Shown: piece after piece, positions 29,439 through 43,726 of the stretch
Position numbering within the stretch: the stretch's first letter is position 1
How the letters are laid out: each line of letters begins with the position of its first letter
Assembly (NCBI GenBank): GCA_964016885.1
Contig: OZ024740.1
Span: 267,344,001-267,408,000 of the forward strand
Length of the DNA stretch: 64,000 bases
Source: Eledone cirrhosa
Lineage: Eukaryota
Direction: 5' to 3'
The notes under the pieces: model-generated
What the model was told of the DNA's origin: nothing
Databases searched by the model: none
Seen by the model: only the letters and a program-made list of their open reading frames with translations
Translations under genes and position numbers: made by a program

Positions 29439-29622
29439 AACTAAAATAAAATAAAATAAAATAAAGAAAACGACAGCCATATATTCATGGTCAACCGTAA
29501 TAGAATATTTACCCAACATTTCAATAGCACGGGGAAATCGATTAAATATACCGTCAACCATATACAATTAGGTATAAAATTAAAGTTAGAAGAAAAAATG
29601 CATATACACATACCAGGATTAC

Positions 29623-29703
29623 ATTTCTACCCTTAGGGTTTCGTTCGCTTTCGGAAATATCCTATCAAGGATAAATTCTCGAGCTTCGAACTCATCAGGA
29701 AAC
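29623..29703 (-). ncRNA. Type I hammerhead ribozyme with long stem II
   Basis: Reverse complement: GTTTC-CTGATGA-GTTCG...CGAAC-GAAA-CCC TAA GGG-TA-GAAAT. All core nucleotides and three stems present; GUA triplet. Confidence 0.8.
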
Positions 29704-31134
29704 AAACTCACTTGGATAAAGATTTTTCTTAAATGATGCTCACCAAAAACGAATTCAAAATGGCTAAGAATTGTGACGTATATTTACTTTCCATTATGAA
29801 GTAAAGTAAGTAACAAAGACTGCTACGTAAAGCTAAATATATTTAATAACAGCATGAACAACTATGTAATCTACAGAAAGAAATAACTTTTTTTATTACA
29901 CTCTCACACTCAACATAAAACAATGAACATGTCAAAATATAAAAATGACCCCCTTTCCAATATAAAAAAGACAGCTAAAAATTGCTGATTAACATTATTT
30001 CAAATAAACAGCTTAAATCTTAGTAACAGTTGTTTGTTGCATGTAAACTTAAATATCTGAAACTGTTCTACTATATTAATGGAAGTTGTGTGTGTAGCTT
30101 GGGTTTCTTTTTTAGATTTTTATGATACAAATGTCAGTTTTGGTTTGACCCCTAAACAGTTTTGAACAAAAAAAAAAATGAATTTATTTTTAATATTTAA
30201 CTCTTTTGTATTGGCAGGATTGCTGCCACCAATCCTAATAAACATTGTAAAAAAAGCCTTTGCTTTCTAATGATCACAAGGATCCATAAAGATGGTATTT
30301 AACTTTAGTTTCTGGAATAATCATTTCTAGTACAAGCACAAAACCAGAATTTTTTTGTTGGTGGGGAGCACTATAGTCAATTATATCGACCACAGTACTG
30401 GGTTGCCTTCATCATGGCACCAATGTAGCATTGGTACGTAAAAGCCCTCTTCACTCCATGTAGTCTCCAATCTCTCACCATATTCACCCAAGGGTATTCA
30501 AGGAATAAACTCCATCAAATATTCAGAAGGTTCATTATCATAAATGGTTGTTATTTATAAACTTATGAGTCAACAACTCCAATATTGATTTATAAATGTA
30601 TGTATCTATGTCTTATGTGTTCAAAACCCCCTCCTCACTAAGCAAGCTTGGTGGTGTTGCTGGTTTAGTCGCTGATGACTCGACCATGCACAGGTTGTAC
30701 TGGATTACAGCTTACCAGTAGCACTGAAGAGCATCTTGACAATGGAAAACAAAACCCCTCAAAGGACGGAGGAACTTAGGAGAGTCTACAGCCATCCAAT
30801 AAAGTATATATTTTTTTTGTTGGAAGCAAGAGACTCCTAGTCTTCATTAAGACATGTCTCTCCATTAAGGAAAAAAAAGGTATTATTTTTGCCTTTAGAA
30901 AAATTAACCTGAATAATTTCTCATATTGAAGACAGGAAGAAACAAAAAAAGTTGTTTTAAAAACTTATTCCAAGTCATTCAAATTTACTTTTTAAAAATC
31001 TTATATTGAAGAAATATATTAAGTATATGAAATAAAAGTTATGATTTGGTTGGTGGAGTGGTGATATGAGTGCATTCTTTCATAAGGAATTTGAGAAAAA
31101 AAAAAGAATATATATATTTATTTAATATAGAAAT

Positions 31135-31185
31135 GGCTTCTACAGGACTAGAGCTGTTTCATTTAGGAGAAATCACCAGGAAGCC
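31135..31185 (-). ncRNA. Hammerhead ribozyme copy with core mutation (CTGGTGA)
   Basis: Reverse complement: GGCTTC-CTGGTGA-TTTCTCCTAAAT-GAAA-CAG..CTG-TA-GAAGCC. Left arm of the same inverted repeat. Confidence 0.65.
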
Positions 31186-31197
31186 GACTGGACAGCC

Positions 31198-31248
31198 GGC
31201 TTCCTGATGATTTCTCCCGAATGAAAGAGTTCTAGTCCTGTAGAAGCC
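31198..31248 (+). ncRNA. Type I hammerhead ribozyme (stem III mismatch)
   Basis: GGCTTC-CTGATGA-T(TTC TCCC GAA)T-GAAA-GAG..CTG-TA-GAAGCC. Right arm of an inverted repeat. Confidence 0.75.
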
Positions 31249-31384
31249 ATTTCTATATTAAATATTTATACTCTGAGTACCCCCGATCGAACCCGGAATA
31301 AACTTATATATATATATATATACATATATATATAAAAGAAAATAATTTTTTTTTTAAAGGGATGTCCCACATGGGTGAAAGTAT

Positions 31385-31632
31385 AAGGAAAAACAATTGA
31401 AAATGCAACTGGATTCTTTTAAGAATATTTATTTATTTACCAGTTTCACAGTCCTTATGATTTTAAAAAGTAAAATTGAGATGAAGGGCTTGTGTTTTGT
31501 CTCGCGAGACAAACCACAACAGAAACACAAACCATCCATCTCAATTTTACTTTTGAAAATCATAAGGACTGTGAAACTGATAAATAAATATTCTAAAAAG
31601 ACTCCAGTTGCATTTTCAATTTCTTTTCCTTA
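31385..31632. repeat. Imperfect inverted repeat (about 100-bp arms)
   Basis: TTGAAAATGCAACTGGA..AAAATTGAGATG / CATCTCAATTTT..TCCAGTTGCATTTTCAA. A one-armed homolog lies at 58226-58405. Confidence 0.8.
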
Positions 31633-31642
31633 AATATATATA

Positions 31643-32575
31643 ATTATTTCACCTAACTTGTAGGAATCTTATAATGAAACAAGACATCCGTCTGGTAAGA
31701 GATATATTTGATATATCTCATATGAAATAATACAGCCAATTTTCCACACAATACAATTAGTTAGCACCCCAAACGTTTAATTAGGAATATACTCACTTAT
31801 TTCCTAATGTTTATTGAGTGAGTTGGGATTTGGCCGGAGTATCGCTATTAGCTTTCTCCGATAATGTATTTTATATATTTACTTTTGGAGCAAAGGATAT
31901 GAACTTCCCGATATAAGGTTTGACTCTCTTTGTTTATTTTTATATATGAATATTGATTGTTTCTTGTATCTCATTCTGTTATTTTGCCCGAGAAAATATC
32001 TATGTGTGTCATCAAATGATGTACACATATGGGTATTTTTTCAAATTCCAATTGAGTTCTAGCACGAGGCTTGAATTCCTTTTAGAATTCATTGTCCTGC
32101 ACACGTATTGTTTTTTGGCGGTAATTCTCCTTCCTCTTTTTTTGAGACAGTATGAGAATTTCTTTAGAACTGCTGGGCTAGCAACCTAACAGCTACCTCA
32201 AGTACTGATGGTGATTATCGCTAAATATTGATGTTGATTTGACTATCAATATTAATGTTATTGGGCACCCACTGAAGAATTATAGGAGCCCACTTGAATA
32301 AGTATCTGTTGATCTTATACAAGCTTCTACATAAATTGGTATTATTTCACCTAACTTGTAGGAATCTTATAATGAAACGAGACATCCATCTGGGAAGAGA
32401 TATATTTGATATATCTCATATGAAATAATACAGCCAATTTTCCACACAATACAATTAGTTAGCACCCCGAACGTTTAATTAGGAATATACTCACTTATTT
32501 CCTAATGTTTGTTGAGTGAGTTGGGATTTGGCCAGAGTATCACTATTAGCTTTCTCCGATAATGTATTTTATATA
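31643..32575. repeat. Pair of about 233-bp direct repeats, about 698 bp apart
   Basis: ATTATTTCACCTAACTTGTAGG...GATAATGTATTTTATATAT at 31643-31877 and 32341-32575, with few mismatches. Confidence 0.9.
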
Positions 32576-34342
32576 TATATATATATAAATGAAGTATTTC
32601 CGGCGGAAAGGTACAGGAAAAAAGAGTGCTCTATGTAGGCTAATATAGTTAAGCTTCTGATGGCAAAAAAATATCATTTGAAAATATTAGTTTTTAAGAA
32701 ATTCTTCTTTATTGTAAAAAACAAATTCAATGAGAAACATTTGAAATGCAAAATATAAGATAACACACCATACTCAGACACTAGAATATAGCAACATTGA
32801 TCCTAAATCTTTTGCGACAGTATTTCTAATGAAATACACTATCAATTAATTAGTGAGAATTTTGAAGGACATACTAAAAGTATTAATTATTTCATTACTG
32901 AGATAGTAACTTAACATATGGCTTCATATAAAAATATGTCAGAAGATTTTGTTTAAATAGGAACCTTTAAAATAGGTAGTTTTGTTTCAAAGAACCAAAG
33001 CTGGTTTGGGCTGGGTTGGTATCAAAAGGGAGAGTTAACTTGATTATGAGAATATGTATATGAATATATAGCATGATTGGTCTAAACTTTTTGTTCCATG
33101 TAAAAAGGACAACAACCCTTCCTCCAGTTTTAAGGATTAAGGAGAGATTTGTAATGCAAAATTAAAGCCCATCATCAATAACAGACAAAAATTGTATGAT
33201 GCTTATTTATTAACTCTGAACATCCTTAAAAACTGATTTGTTAATTCAAATGTTTAAGATATCTTTACTAGTGAACAAATCTTTGTGAATTATTTACAGC
33301 AAACTAAAGCCTTAATTTTTTCATATGATGCTCTCATAGTGTTGTTATGTGTTTTTCGAGAATGTTATGTTCACACTACCAATCTGTTAATGTTTAGAAT
33401 AGAAGAATAAAAGAATTCGATGAAACTGGTTGAAAATACTTCATTATAAAATAAAATCCTTTAACAGTACTTTTATTTTACTTTGATTAGCATAATATAT
33501 AAGACATTTGCATATAATTGTGTAAAATAAAATAAGCTTTATGTAAATGATAAAGCTTTGAGAGACTTCTTGTAACAGAGTGACATTTCAAGAATATAGT
33601 TTCACAGGAAATACAATATGAATTTAAACCATACTAGATATAACAAAGTCTTAACAGACTCAGCTTCAGAAGATAGCTTTTAATTAAAGCATCAATTCTT
33701 TTAGTGAATTTAAAGAGCAGCTAATTAATATGCTCACTGAAGTATCATGCTCGATTAGCCATTAAGAACAGCTTGAATTGGCTTAATATTATTAATCTTT
33801 CAAAAATAATTGTCTTCTCATTTGGTAAATGAGAAAGAAAAGAATTTCATAAAGAACCAGGTAAAAAGTATGTGTAGCCTCTTATCAGGTTCATTGTATA
33901 AATATTTTACTTCATTCAGCCTAAGTCTGTTTTAAGCCAGAAGGCTCATCAAGCTGGTGCTTATCTTGGTTTTGTGGCGTGACCCAACTGAGATTTCAAG
34001 ACTTCCTCCTGGACAGGATGCCAGTCCATCACAGGGTTAAACCCCCAGCTATTACTGGTACTTATTTTTAGCTGAGTATACTGGAGCAATGTGAAATGAA
34101 ATGTTTTGCTCAAGAAGACAACACAACACATCCCAGGAATTGAACCCACGGCATTATGATTGTAAGTCCAACACCCTTACCACTAAGCCATGTTCCTCCA
34201 CTATTAATTTGTGTTAGTCATCCTGTTATGGAAGGTAGAAACGTATCATTATGTAACACAATTTTTCTCTGATTCAGAATTAATAAAAATCTAAGATATT
34301 TTTTCAGAGAAATTATAACTCAGAATTAAGAACCTGGAACAA

Positions 34343-34561
34343 ATAATGATTTCTACTTTAGGCACAAGGCCAGTAATTTGGAGGGAGGGGAAAGCCGATT
34401 AAATCGACCCCAGTGCATTACTGGTGCTTTATTTTATCGACCCCGTAAGGATGAAAGGCAAAGTTAACCTCTGCGGGATTTGAAGTCAGACCATAAAGGG
34501 CCGTAACTCTATGCTGCAAAGCATGGCGTCTGACTCTTTATCGATACTGCCAATCCACCGC
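34343..34561 (-). mobile_element. SINE family A with TSD
   Basis: Full copy flanked by CCTGGAACAAATAAT on both sides (34333 and 34562). Confidence 0.85.
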
Positions 34562-35275
34562 CCTGGAACAAATAATTCTAGGCTTCTTAGTCAATGCTCT
34601 ATCAGCTCATCTATACTACTTCATCAACCCCAGAAGAATAAAAGACAAGACAAAGTTGGCCATGATGAGATTTGAACTCAAATTATAAAGAGCTGGAATA
34701 AATAACACAAGACATTTCTTCCAATGCTCAAAGACTTCTTCCAACTCACTGCTTTATTATTTGTTACATAAAATAATTCTACCTTCGAAATATCAACAAA
34801 TATTGTTCAATATAAGCTTGAAAAATCTTTAAAGAGTATCATTTTCTTTACAAACTAAGATACTATTTCAATAGAGTAATCTCTAGTAATTTTTGTAATT
34901 TGACATTTATTATTACAAAATTTTCAGGTCAGATCAGGCTTATACTTGCTACTGGTGTCATATAATCCAGTACAACCTGTTTCATGATCAAGTGGTAAGT
35001 GGCTAAACTGACTCCTCCACCAGACCAGAGTCTGGCGAGGAGGGTAAGTGGAACACAAGCAGTGTAAAAAACAAGAGCTGTTAAAAGGGCAGATGAACTC
35101 CTCAGAGTCAATGGCGATTACCAACCTGCAATTGGCCAAGCAAGGTGAATACGGCTACAGCTCTAAAGACATGACCAAAACCAAACAGAAAGTGGTGAAG
35201 GATAACTGAGGAGGGGTTCCTCCTACAGGAGTGAGAAGGCCCTGGATTGTGTTGGATTGGATTACAAAATGTACT

Positions 35276-35835
35276 CACTATTAATTTGTGTTAGTCATCC
35301 TGTTATGGAAAGTAGAAATATATTATTATGTAACACAATTTTTCTTAATATTACCATACTACTAATCTTTGTCATGAAAAATAGAAGTGTATTTAGTTCT
35401 ATCACGAAAAGAATTATCATTATATAACACATTTTTCTTAGTACTATCATGTTAATAAAATCTGTTATGGAAGGTAGAATATAACCACTGTGTAAAATAT
35501 ATTTACTTAGTACTAATTTTAGAAGCATTATATTATATTTAATAAAGTACCAGTAATACACTGGGATAATTGTTGGCCTTGTGCCAAAAAGTAGAAACAA
35601 TTATATTATATTTAATACGTTTTTTTAGAACTATCATGAAGAGAATTATATCATGATGAAATACTTTTTTTCTTAGTACTATCATGTTACTAATCTCTGT
35701 TCTGGAAGGTAAAAGTATATTATTATGTAATACATTTTCCGTAGCACTATCATGTTACTAAAATCTGTTATGAAAGGTAAATATACCATTATGTAACACA
35801 TTTTTCTTAGCACTATCATGTTTCTAAACTCTATA
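35276..35835. repeat. Degenerate ~60-65 bp minisatellite
   Basis: Repeated CTGTTATGGAAGGTAGAA..ATTATGTAACACATTTTTCTTAGTACTATCATG. One unit is also at 34199-34270. Confidence 0.7.
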
Positions 35836-38800
35836 TTTTGATTTGCTTGTACTACACACTTGGTAATAACATCTGTTAATTTACTACTACAGGCCTGTCC
35901 TTCTTTGCAGTTAGATCTTAGCTCAGCTCAGAAAGAAGAGCATGGTTAACTGTCATCAAGGTAATGGACAAGCAGCTGAAAACCTGGCAGTTTGCACTTT
36001 GTTTCTACTACAGTTCTGAATGACAAATTCAGTCTCTACAGTAGCAATGCAAAAACCAAGAGAAATAGTTTACATTTGAGAGAGAAAGCGAGGATGGAGT
36101 AATTTGAAGTTCAGGCCAGGATAGCAAATATAGGATAGAAATACAGTAAGAGATTTGTGTCCAAAAAGAGAAGGAATAATATTGTGTGGTGGGTAAGATC
36201 AAGGTTAGATGAAAGTTCACAACTATTGGTGTAAAGAGAGAATTGTATACTAAATTGGTGTTCATTCTTATGGGAATTTTTTCAATGAATTTCAAATGAA
36301 TGTAAAACATATGAATTTTTGATGGACTGGAAGAAAATCAAGATTTATGAGTTACTGTTGATCCCTCAATGATACATGTGACTAGCTCATCTAAACATCA
36401 GAGACCCGACATTAATTAAAGTTTGTCTTGAGCCTGGCAGTTCATGCGACTGGAGTTTATCCTGATTTCACAAGGCATTAAATGACTGAGAGTACAAATC
36501 TTCAGTCTGTTACAAGACTAAATCTCAACTCCTGCTGAAAATCATTTTTTTAGCTGAGTGGACTGAAGCAAGAGGAAGTGCCATGCTTAAAGACACAATG
36601 CATTGCCTGCACCAGATATGAGCTTCAGGAGATAGAATATAGATTTATTTGGTATCTAATAAGTAACCTCCTATTCAAGTCTCTGTACTATTTGACAATG
36701 ACACTGTTCAATGGACTGTATAGTTTGAAGCAATATGCTAAAAAATTACTTTTAAACTTAGAGCCCAGTCAAAGTAATTGCAACAGAGTGAACTTTGATA
36801 AATGTACTCAATAGCCAGAAGACGTTGTTAATGTAGGCTATCTATTAGAACTATAACACTTCTCACCTCAGTATAGTACTATAATGTGTTATGAAACCAG
36901 TGCTTGAGAGTTTACAAAGACTCTTGAGACCCAGCTATAACCTGTGATGGCTCATTTTCAGAAAACAGTATATACATAATATAAATAAGATTGCACCAAG
37001 CTGATGCAGTTTTTCATGTGACGATTAAAGGATAGTTTAATAAAATACAGCTGCTGCTGACCCCCGACCAGATTTATATGTAGAGACTTCCATTATGGAA
37101 TATTGTCCTAATATTCCATATGCAAAAAAAAAAGAGCAAGAATTGTACTGAAGCCAATTACATTGATTTTAGTATCTAAAATATATATTTATCTTAGCAT
37201 GTCTTTTTAATGGCTTTTTCTACACTAAATTTGAATTTACTCCTGAATATGTTTGAAATAATTCTCTTCAATGTTATCCTAATTCTTTACCTCTTATAAA
37301 TATCTTCTAGTTGGTTCTGCCAAGAACTGATTTCTTTTATATATATTTCACCCCCAATCAATAACATGTCCATTCACTAGCATTACATACAATAAATTCA
37401 TACTCAGAATAATTTCCTAACAACTTACCCCACCTTCTCTCTGTAAACTTGTAAATAAATGTCACATACTTCACACAAACACTGTTGTACTTTCTCCACA
37501 CACCAAACTGTGCATTTGCAAGATACTATCCAATAGAAACTGACTCCTTTGTGAATCACAAAGGACAAGAAATATGTACCCTCATTGTGTAAATGAGCTT
37601 GCAGAAGAAAGGAGGGCTGATAAGAGATAGCAAAAATTGTACCTTAATTTTCAAAATAGGAAAACAACACAGAATTCATCAACACTTTTTTTTTTATAAT
37701 GACACACTCTTAATAGCTACACACTTTCTAAAATAGTCAATACAAAAATTGTTTACATATGTATGTCCATCAATATCAATTTAAAAAAAAAAGATTGAAG
37801 TATTACTAAATTAATATAACATAAAATTCAAAATTTAATATAATATAAAATTTGAAATATGCTTGAATAAGTAAGCATGTATATATTTGTATCAGAAACT
37901 ATTGGTCACTAGTATCTTTTAATGAACAAATATAATTTTGTGTGTGAGTGTGTGTGTGTGCGTGCATCTGTTAGTAAAAAGATTCTGATGAAGCATCAGA
38001 CATTACGGAAATTATTGGTCAATAATGACGACTTTTACCTGATGAAAACCAAAAAAAAAAAAAAAAAGAGAAATTGTTGCTATAGCAATTCATCTCAGCA
38101 TAGTTAAGTAAGTGTTGACTTAAAGTATCCAGAGTGATGAAAGAGACAGTAGTGTTATCTTGTATATAGTTGAGCAGTCTCTTGAAAACAATTATTCAAC
38201 AAACTAAGAACTGTGTTTATGGGGAAAAGATAGAGTAAAAGAGAATGAATGTGTTTGTCAATATAATAGAATTCAGAAGTAAAATGAGACATATTCTAGT
38301 GAAATTGAACCTCACGTATTTGTAGTTATCTATATAGTTTTAAAATCTACAGAAATCATGGCTATTCTACATATACAAGATGCACACATGCACACTCTTC
38401 CATATATACATATACTGAGGAAAATGGATATTGGATCATGATGATGATATAGGGAATAGCTTTTCTTTCAAACGTTATATTGAAGGCACAATTGTGTTCA
38501 AGTTAACTATTTTTTGTTAATGATTTTTTACATGCTTCATTCTTGTTCTTTTATGGTTAATTTATAACAATAGCTTTCTTCAGATCGGTAACATTTTAAG
38601 ACTATCATCATCCAAATAAAAAATAGTAATGGCTGATTGCTGCTGAGAGAGAGAGAATCCTAACTGTGACACCAAATGCCGAAACCACTTGGCGTCACAG
38701 TCAGGATTTTACCTCCTCTGTATACCCACTTTGTATCTCCACATGCATTAAGTACTCCTATTATCAGTGGTCTCCTCGGTTTCAGCATCACAGACTATAT

Positions 38801-39166
38801 ATATACATATATATAACTTTGATAGGTTTTGGCTAGAATTGGCCAGTGCATGCCTAACTTAATAACACCACTTGGCAAAGTCTTTCAGATTATGATTCAC
38901 ATCTCAGACATAGTTTGGACACTATAGCTCACTCTAGTAGAGAGTTATTGTTTTTGGAGACATTGATGACTGACAGCTGTTTTAACAGTTATTCCTTCTA
39001 TTCGATTTTCAAATTATTCCTATGAATTTCAAATACACTCACGCTTCATCTCAATGATTTTCAAGGCAACGCTGTTTATATGTGTGTGTGTGTTTGTGTG
39101 TTAAATATTTCTGTAGGAAAGGTAATGAAAAGAAGAGTGCTCTATGTATAGTACATGGCTATTTAA

Positions 39167-39324
39167 TTACATAATAAACAACACAATATAATTATTCCAG
39201 TGACAAATGTTGCAAGAAACTAGACGATCCTTACAGAAACGTCCGGCCCATGAATGTAAGGATCATCTAGTTTCTTGAAACCTTTGGCAATGGAATAATT
39301 ATATTGTGATGTTTATTATGTAAT
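39167..39324. repeat. Imperfect inverted repeat, family D
   Basis: ATTACATAATAAACA..GATCCTTACA / TGTAAGGATC..TGTTTATTATGTAAT. The upstream motif GGAAAGGT..AAGAGTGCTCTATGTA also occurs at 25950 and 32603. Confidence 0.75.
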
Positions 39325-40611
39325 ATATATATATATAGTAGAGGTGTGCAAATATGTTTGTGTGTGAATGCGTGGGCGAAAGGATACGTACACTTAAAAG
39401 AAAAATTTAAGTCTGAATGTTAATTAAGTGCAAACACAAAACCAACCACGCGAATCTTTACTATCTCTAATCCTTCTATAGATTTAGAAAAATAACCAAT
39501 AATATATTCTATAAAAATGTCAACAGATGGGAATCTAATTACTCACTGCCACCAAAAATTCTCACTGCTATCAAAAAACCACTCCCTCAACTATTCTTCT
39601 AACAACTTCACCCCTCCCTCCTAATATTCTCTATAAAAACCAAACAGGTCCTCAGTAATATTACTCTGATGAAATGACAGTAGATAATAACATTGAAATA
39701 TTGAATGTCTGCATAACTAATACTTTGTAGATAGCAGCTGTTTTCAGGTTATGTAACTGTTATAGAAACACGTGTCAATAAATTCCTTTCAACTAAACTG
39801 TATCCATTCAAATCTTTCTATATATATATATATATATCTTATTAGCACAGATTAAAAGTTTAAGCAAACAATTTCTGCTTTCACCCTGAAGAAGGATATT
39901 GTGAAACTGAGAAATATCAATCTGTGGACTCAGATATAAATATTTCAAAAACATTATGACCAAATACCGCCTTTAAAAAAAGGAATCCATAACGGGAATG
40001 TGTGAAGATGTTCTCTTGAGTTATGGCAAAATGTATGCAAGGAGAATAAAATATCCAATTGTATCATTAAGTGAAGTGGGAAGAACAGTTTCTCTTTAGA
40101 ATAGCTGAATATTTTCCAACCATATATGGAAAATAATATTAAGTAATGTGATTAAAGAAAAAGATACTGAAGGTATTAATTATAGGGGTAATAATAAAAA
40201 CAAACAATAATGACAACAATAATAACAAATAATAACAAAAATAATGGTAATAATAATGATGATAATAATAGAAATTATAATAACATAATAATAAGAGGCT
40301 AATAATAATAAGGTAAATATTTTCGGAGTAAGGACTAAATGTAGCCTAATCATTGTCCTACATAAGCAGGCACTTACAGGTGTAGTTGCTATGCTTTTGG
40401 TTATGTGTATACGTGAGTTTTGCGTCTGTGTGAGTATGCGGCTTCGTACATATGTAGGGTGTGTGTATATGTGTAGTTCGCATTTTGGTTGACGTATGTC
40501 TCCAAACATATGTGTATTTACATGTAGGTATGTGTGTGCGCTTGTTATATACGTATTTATTTATTTATATACGTTTATTTAATTTTATGTATACACACAC
40601 ACACACACCGA

Positions 40612-40687
<76 letters not shown>

Positions 40688-40898
40688 TAATATATATATT
40701 TTTATATATAATTTTATGTGTATTTGGTGTATACTTCGTATGTGTGTGGGTACAAGCATTGCGTGGGTTCTGTAGATAGATATATATGTATATATATATG
40801 TATATATATATATATAGATATATATATACATATATGTATATATATATGTATATATATATATCCATATATGTATATATATATATACATATATATATACA

Positions 40899-40936
<38 letters not shown>

Positions 40937-40950
40937 TATATACATATATG

Positions 40951-41282
40951 TATAACTTTGAAATGTTTTGGCCAGTATTGGCCCAGGCCATGTCTAACTT
41001 AATAGCACCACCTGGCGAAGTCTTTCAATTCAGGATTTGGGCACCAGGGCCCATTCGAGAAGAGAATTACTGTTTGCGGAGACATATCCGGGTGTGGGTG
41101 GTTTGTCCGGGATTACTTGGAGGAATTTGTCCAAAGACTTCTTGAATTTTGTGTGGTCAGTTTCTGTTTTGACGTGTCCTGGTGTGATGTTGAAGAGAGC
41201 AGGGCCGATTGAGGTGAAATAATTGTGCCGTATTGTTGTTATGAGTTGCGATTTAGATTTTTGTATGGGACGGATAGCACGT
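40951..41282 (-). mobile_element. CR1/L2-group LINE 3' end
   Basis: [45 protein letters not shown]. The same 3'UTR recurs at about 38812-38940. Confidence 0.7.
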
Positions 41283-41319
41283 AAATGTATATGTATATAT
41301 ATATGTATATGTATATATG

Positions 41320-41353
<34 letters not shown>

Positions 41354-41394
41354 CACATACATATATATATATACACACATACATATATATATAC

Positions 41395-41435
<41 letters not shown>

Positions 41436-41442
41436 CACATAG

Positions 41443-41473
<31 letters not shown>

Positions 41474-41478
41474 AATAC

Positions 41479-41547
<69 letters not shown>

Positions 41548-41551
41548 TATG

Positions 41552-41611
<60 letters not shown>

Positions 41612-41682
41612 CATATATATATGTACACATACATATATATATATACATATATATACATATATGTGTATATAAATATATATAT

Positions 41683-41713
<31 letters not shown>

Positions 41714-41824
41714 CAAATGAATATAAAGACTATTTCGAGTTTATAACTCAATATATGATATATATACATATATATATATATGTGTATATATATATATGTG
41801 TATGTGTGTATATACATATATATA

Positions 41825-41871
<47 letters not shown>

Positions 41872-41964
41872 ATATATATATATATATATGTGTGTGTATA
41901 TATATATATATGCATATATATATATATATGTGTATATGTGTATATATATATATATACATTAATC

Positions 41965-42270
41965 AGTATACACTGAGGATGAAAAACTCAGAGCTGTATG
42001 GGAGCATCCCAAAAGTTAGCTCAAAAGAGACACAGAGGAGATTGAGGTTAGCTGCACATGCTCACCGACATCCAGAGTTGACATTGCACTCAGTGCTCCT
42101 TTGGGAGCCCCTACATGGACACACTAGAAGAGGAAGACCAAGGTTAACATATGTTGATGCCCTAAGGACAGACACTGGTCTGTTGGAGATGCAGGATATG
42201 GCAGCGATAATGAGGGACAGAGACCGCTGGAGAGAACTCGTCCATGGATCTCGGGAATTTTACCTGCCTT
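41965..42270 (+). mobile_element. RTE/RTEX-like LINE C-terminal fragment
   Basis: [53 protein letters not shown]. Confidence 0.8.
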
Positions 42271-42302
42271 ACATAGATACATATATATATATATATCTGT
42301 AT

Positions 42303-42384
<82 letters not shown>

Positions 42385-42404
42385 GTGTATATATATATAC
42401 ATAT

Positions 42405-42746
42405 GGAGGCATATGGCTTAGTGGTTAGAGCATTGACCTTGCAATCGAAAGGTTGTGAGTTCAATTCTCAGACCGGGTGATGTGTTGTTTCCTTGAGCAA
42501 GACACTTTATTTCACATTGCTCCAGTTTACTCAGCTGTAGAAATGAGATGATAGGGACTGGGGTCCCTATCATTCCACTGTAAAGTGGTCGAGGAGGTGC
42601 CACGGCAAAAAAGCACCCAGCACTCACTGTAAATGAGGTTGGTGTTAGGAAGGGCATCCAGCTGTAGAAATCAAGCCAGCATCAGTTCCCGTCCCACCCT
42701 TGCAAGCAGGGAAAAGCGGACGTAAAATGAAATGATGAAATGATGA
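42405..42746 (+). mobile_element. SINE family B
   Basis: Near-identical to 13811-14157. Confidence 0.85.
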
Positions 42747-42786
42747 TATATATATGTGTATATATATATACATATATATATATATA

Positions 42787-42861
<75 letters not shown>

Positions 42862-43054
42862 GTATATATATATACATATATATATGTGGGTATATATATA
42901 TATACATATATATATGTATATGGGTATATATATATATACATATATATATGTATATGTGTATATATATATATATGTGTATATATATATATATATATACACA
43001 TATATATACATATATATATATATATGGGTATATATATATATATACATATATATA

Positions 43055-43113
<59 letters not shown>

Positions 43114-43132
43114 CATTTATTTATTTTTTTTT

Positions 43133-43617
<485 letters not shown>

Positions 43618-43726
43618 TATATATATACATCATCATCATCATCGTTTAACGTCCATGTTCCACGCTTGCATGGGTTTAGACGGGAGTTTTCCCACTTGAG
43701 GCAAGAGTGGTTGTCTTGCTCGCATA

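Noticed and set aside
38039-38095. CTGATGA...GAAA
   Set aside because: The intervening sequence is poly(A); no stem II or stem I.
38656-38709. 20-bp hairpin AATCCTAACTGTGACACCAA/TTGGCGTCACAGTCAGGATT
   Set aside because: Single copy here and no ribozyme or known RNA motif; cannot assign a function.
39666-39706. CTGATGA-AATG..CATT-GAAATATT hammerhead-like string
   Set aside because: Stem II is possible but stem I cannot form convincingly; chance match or too decayed.
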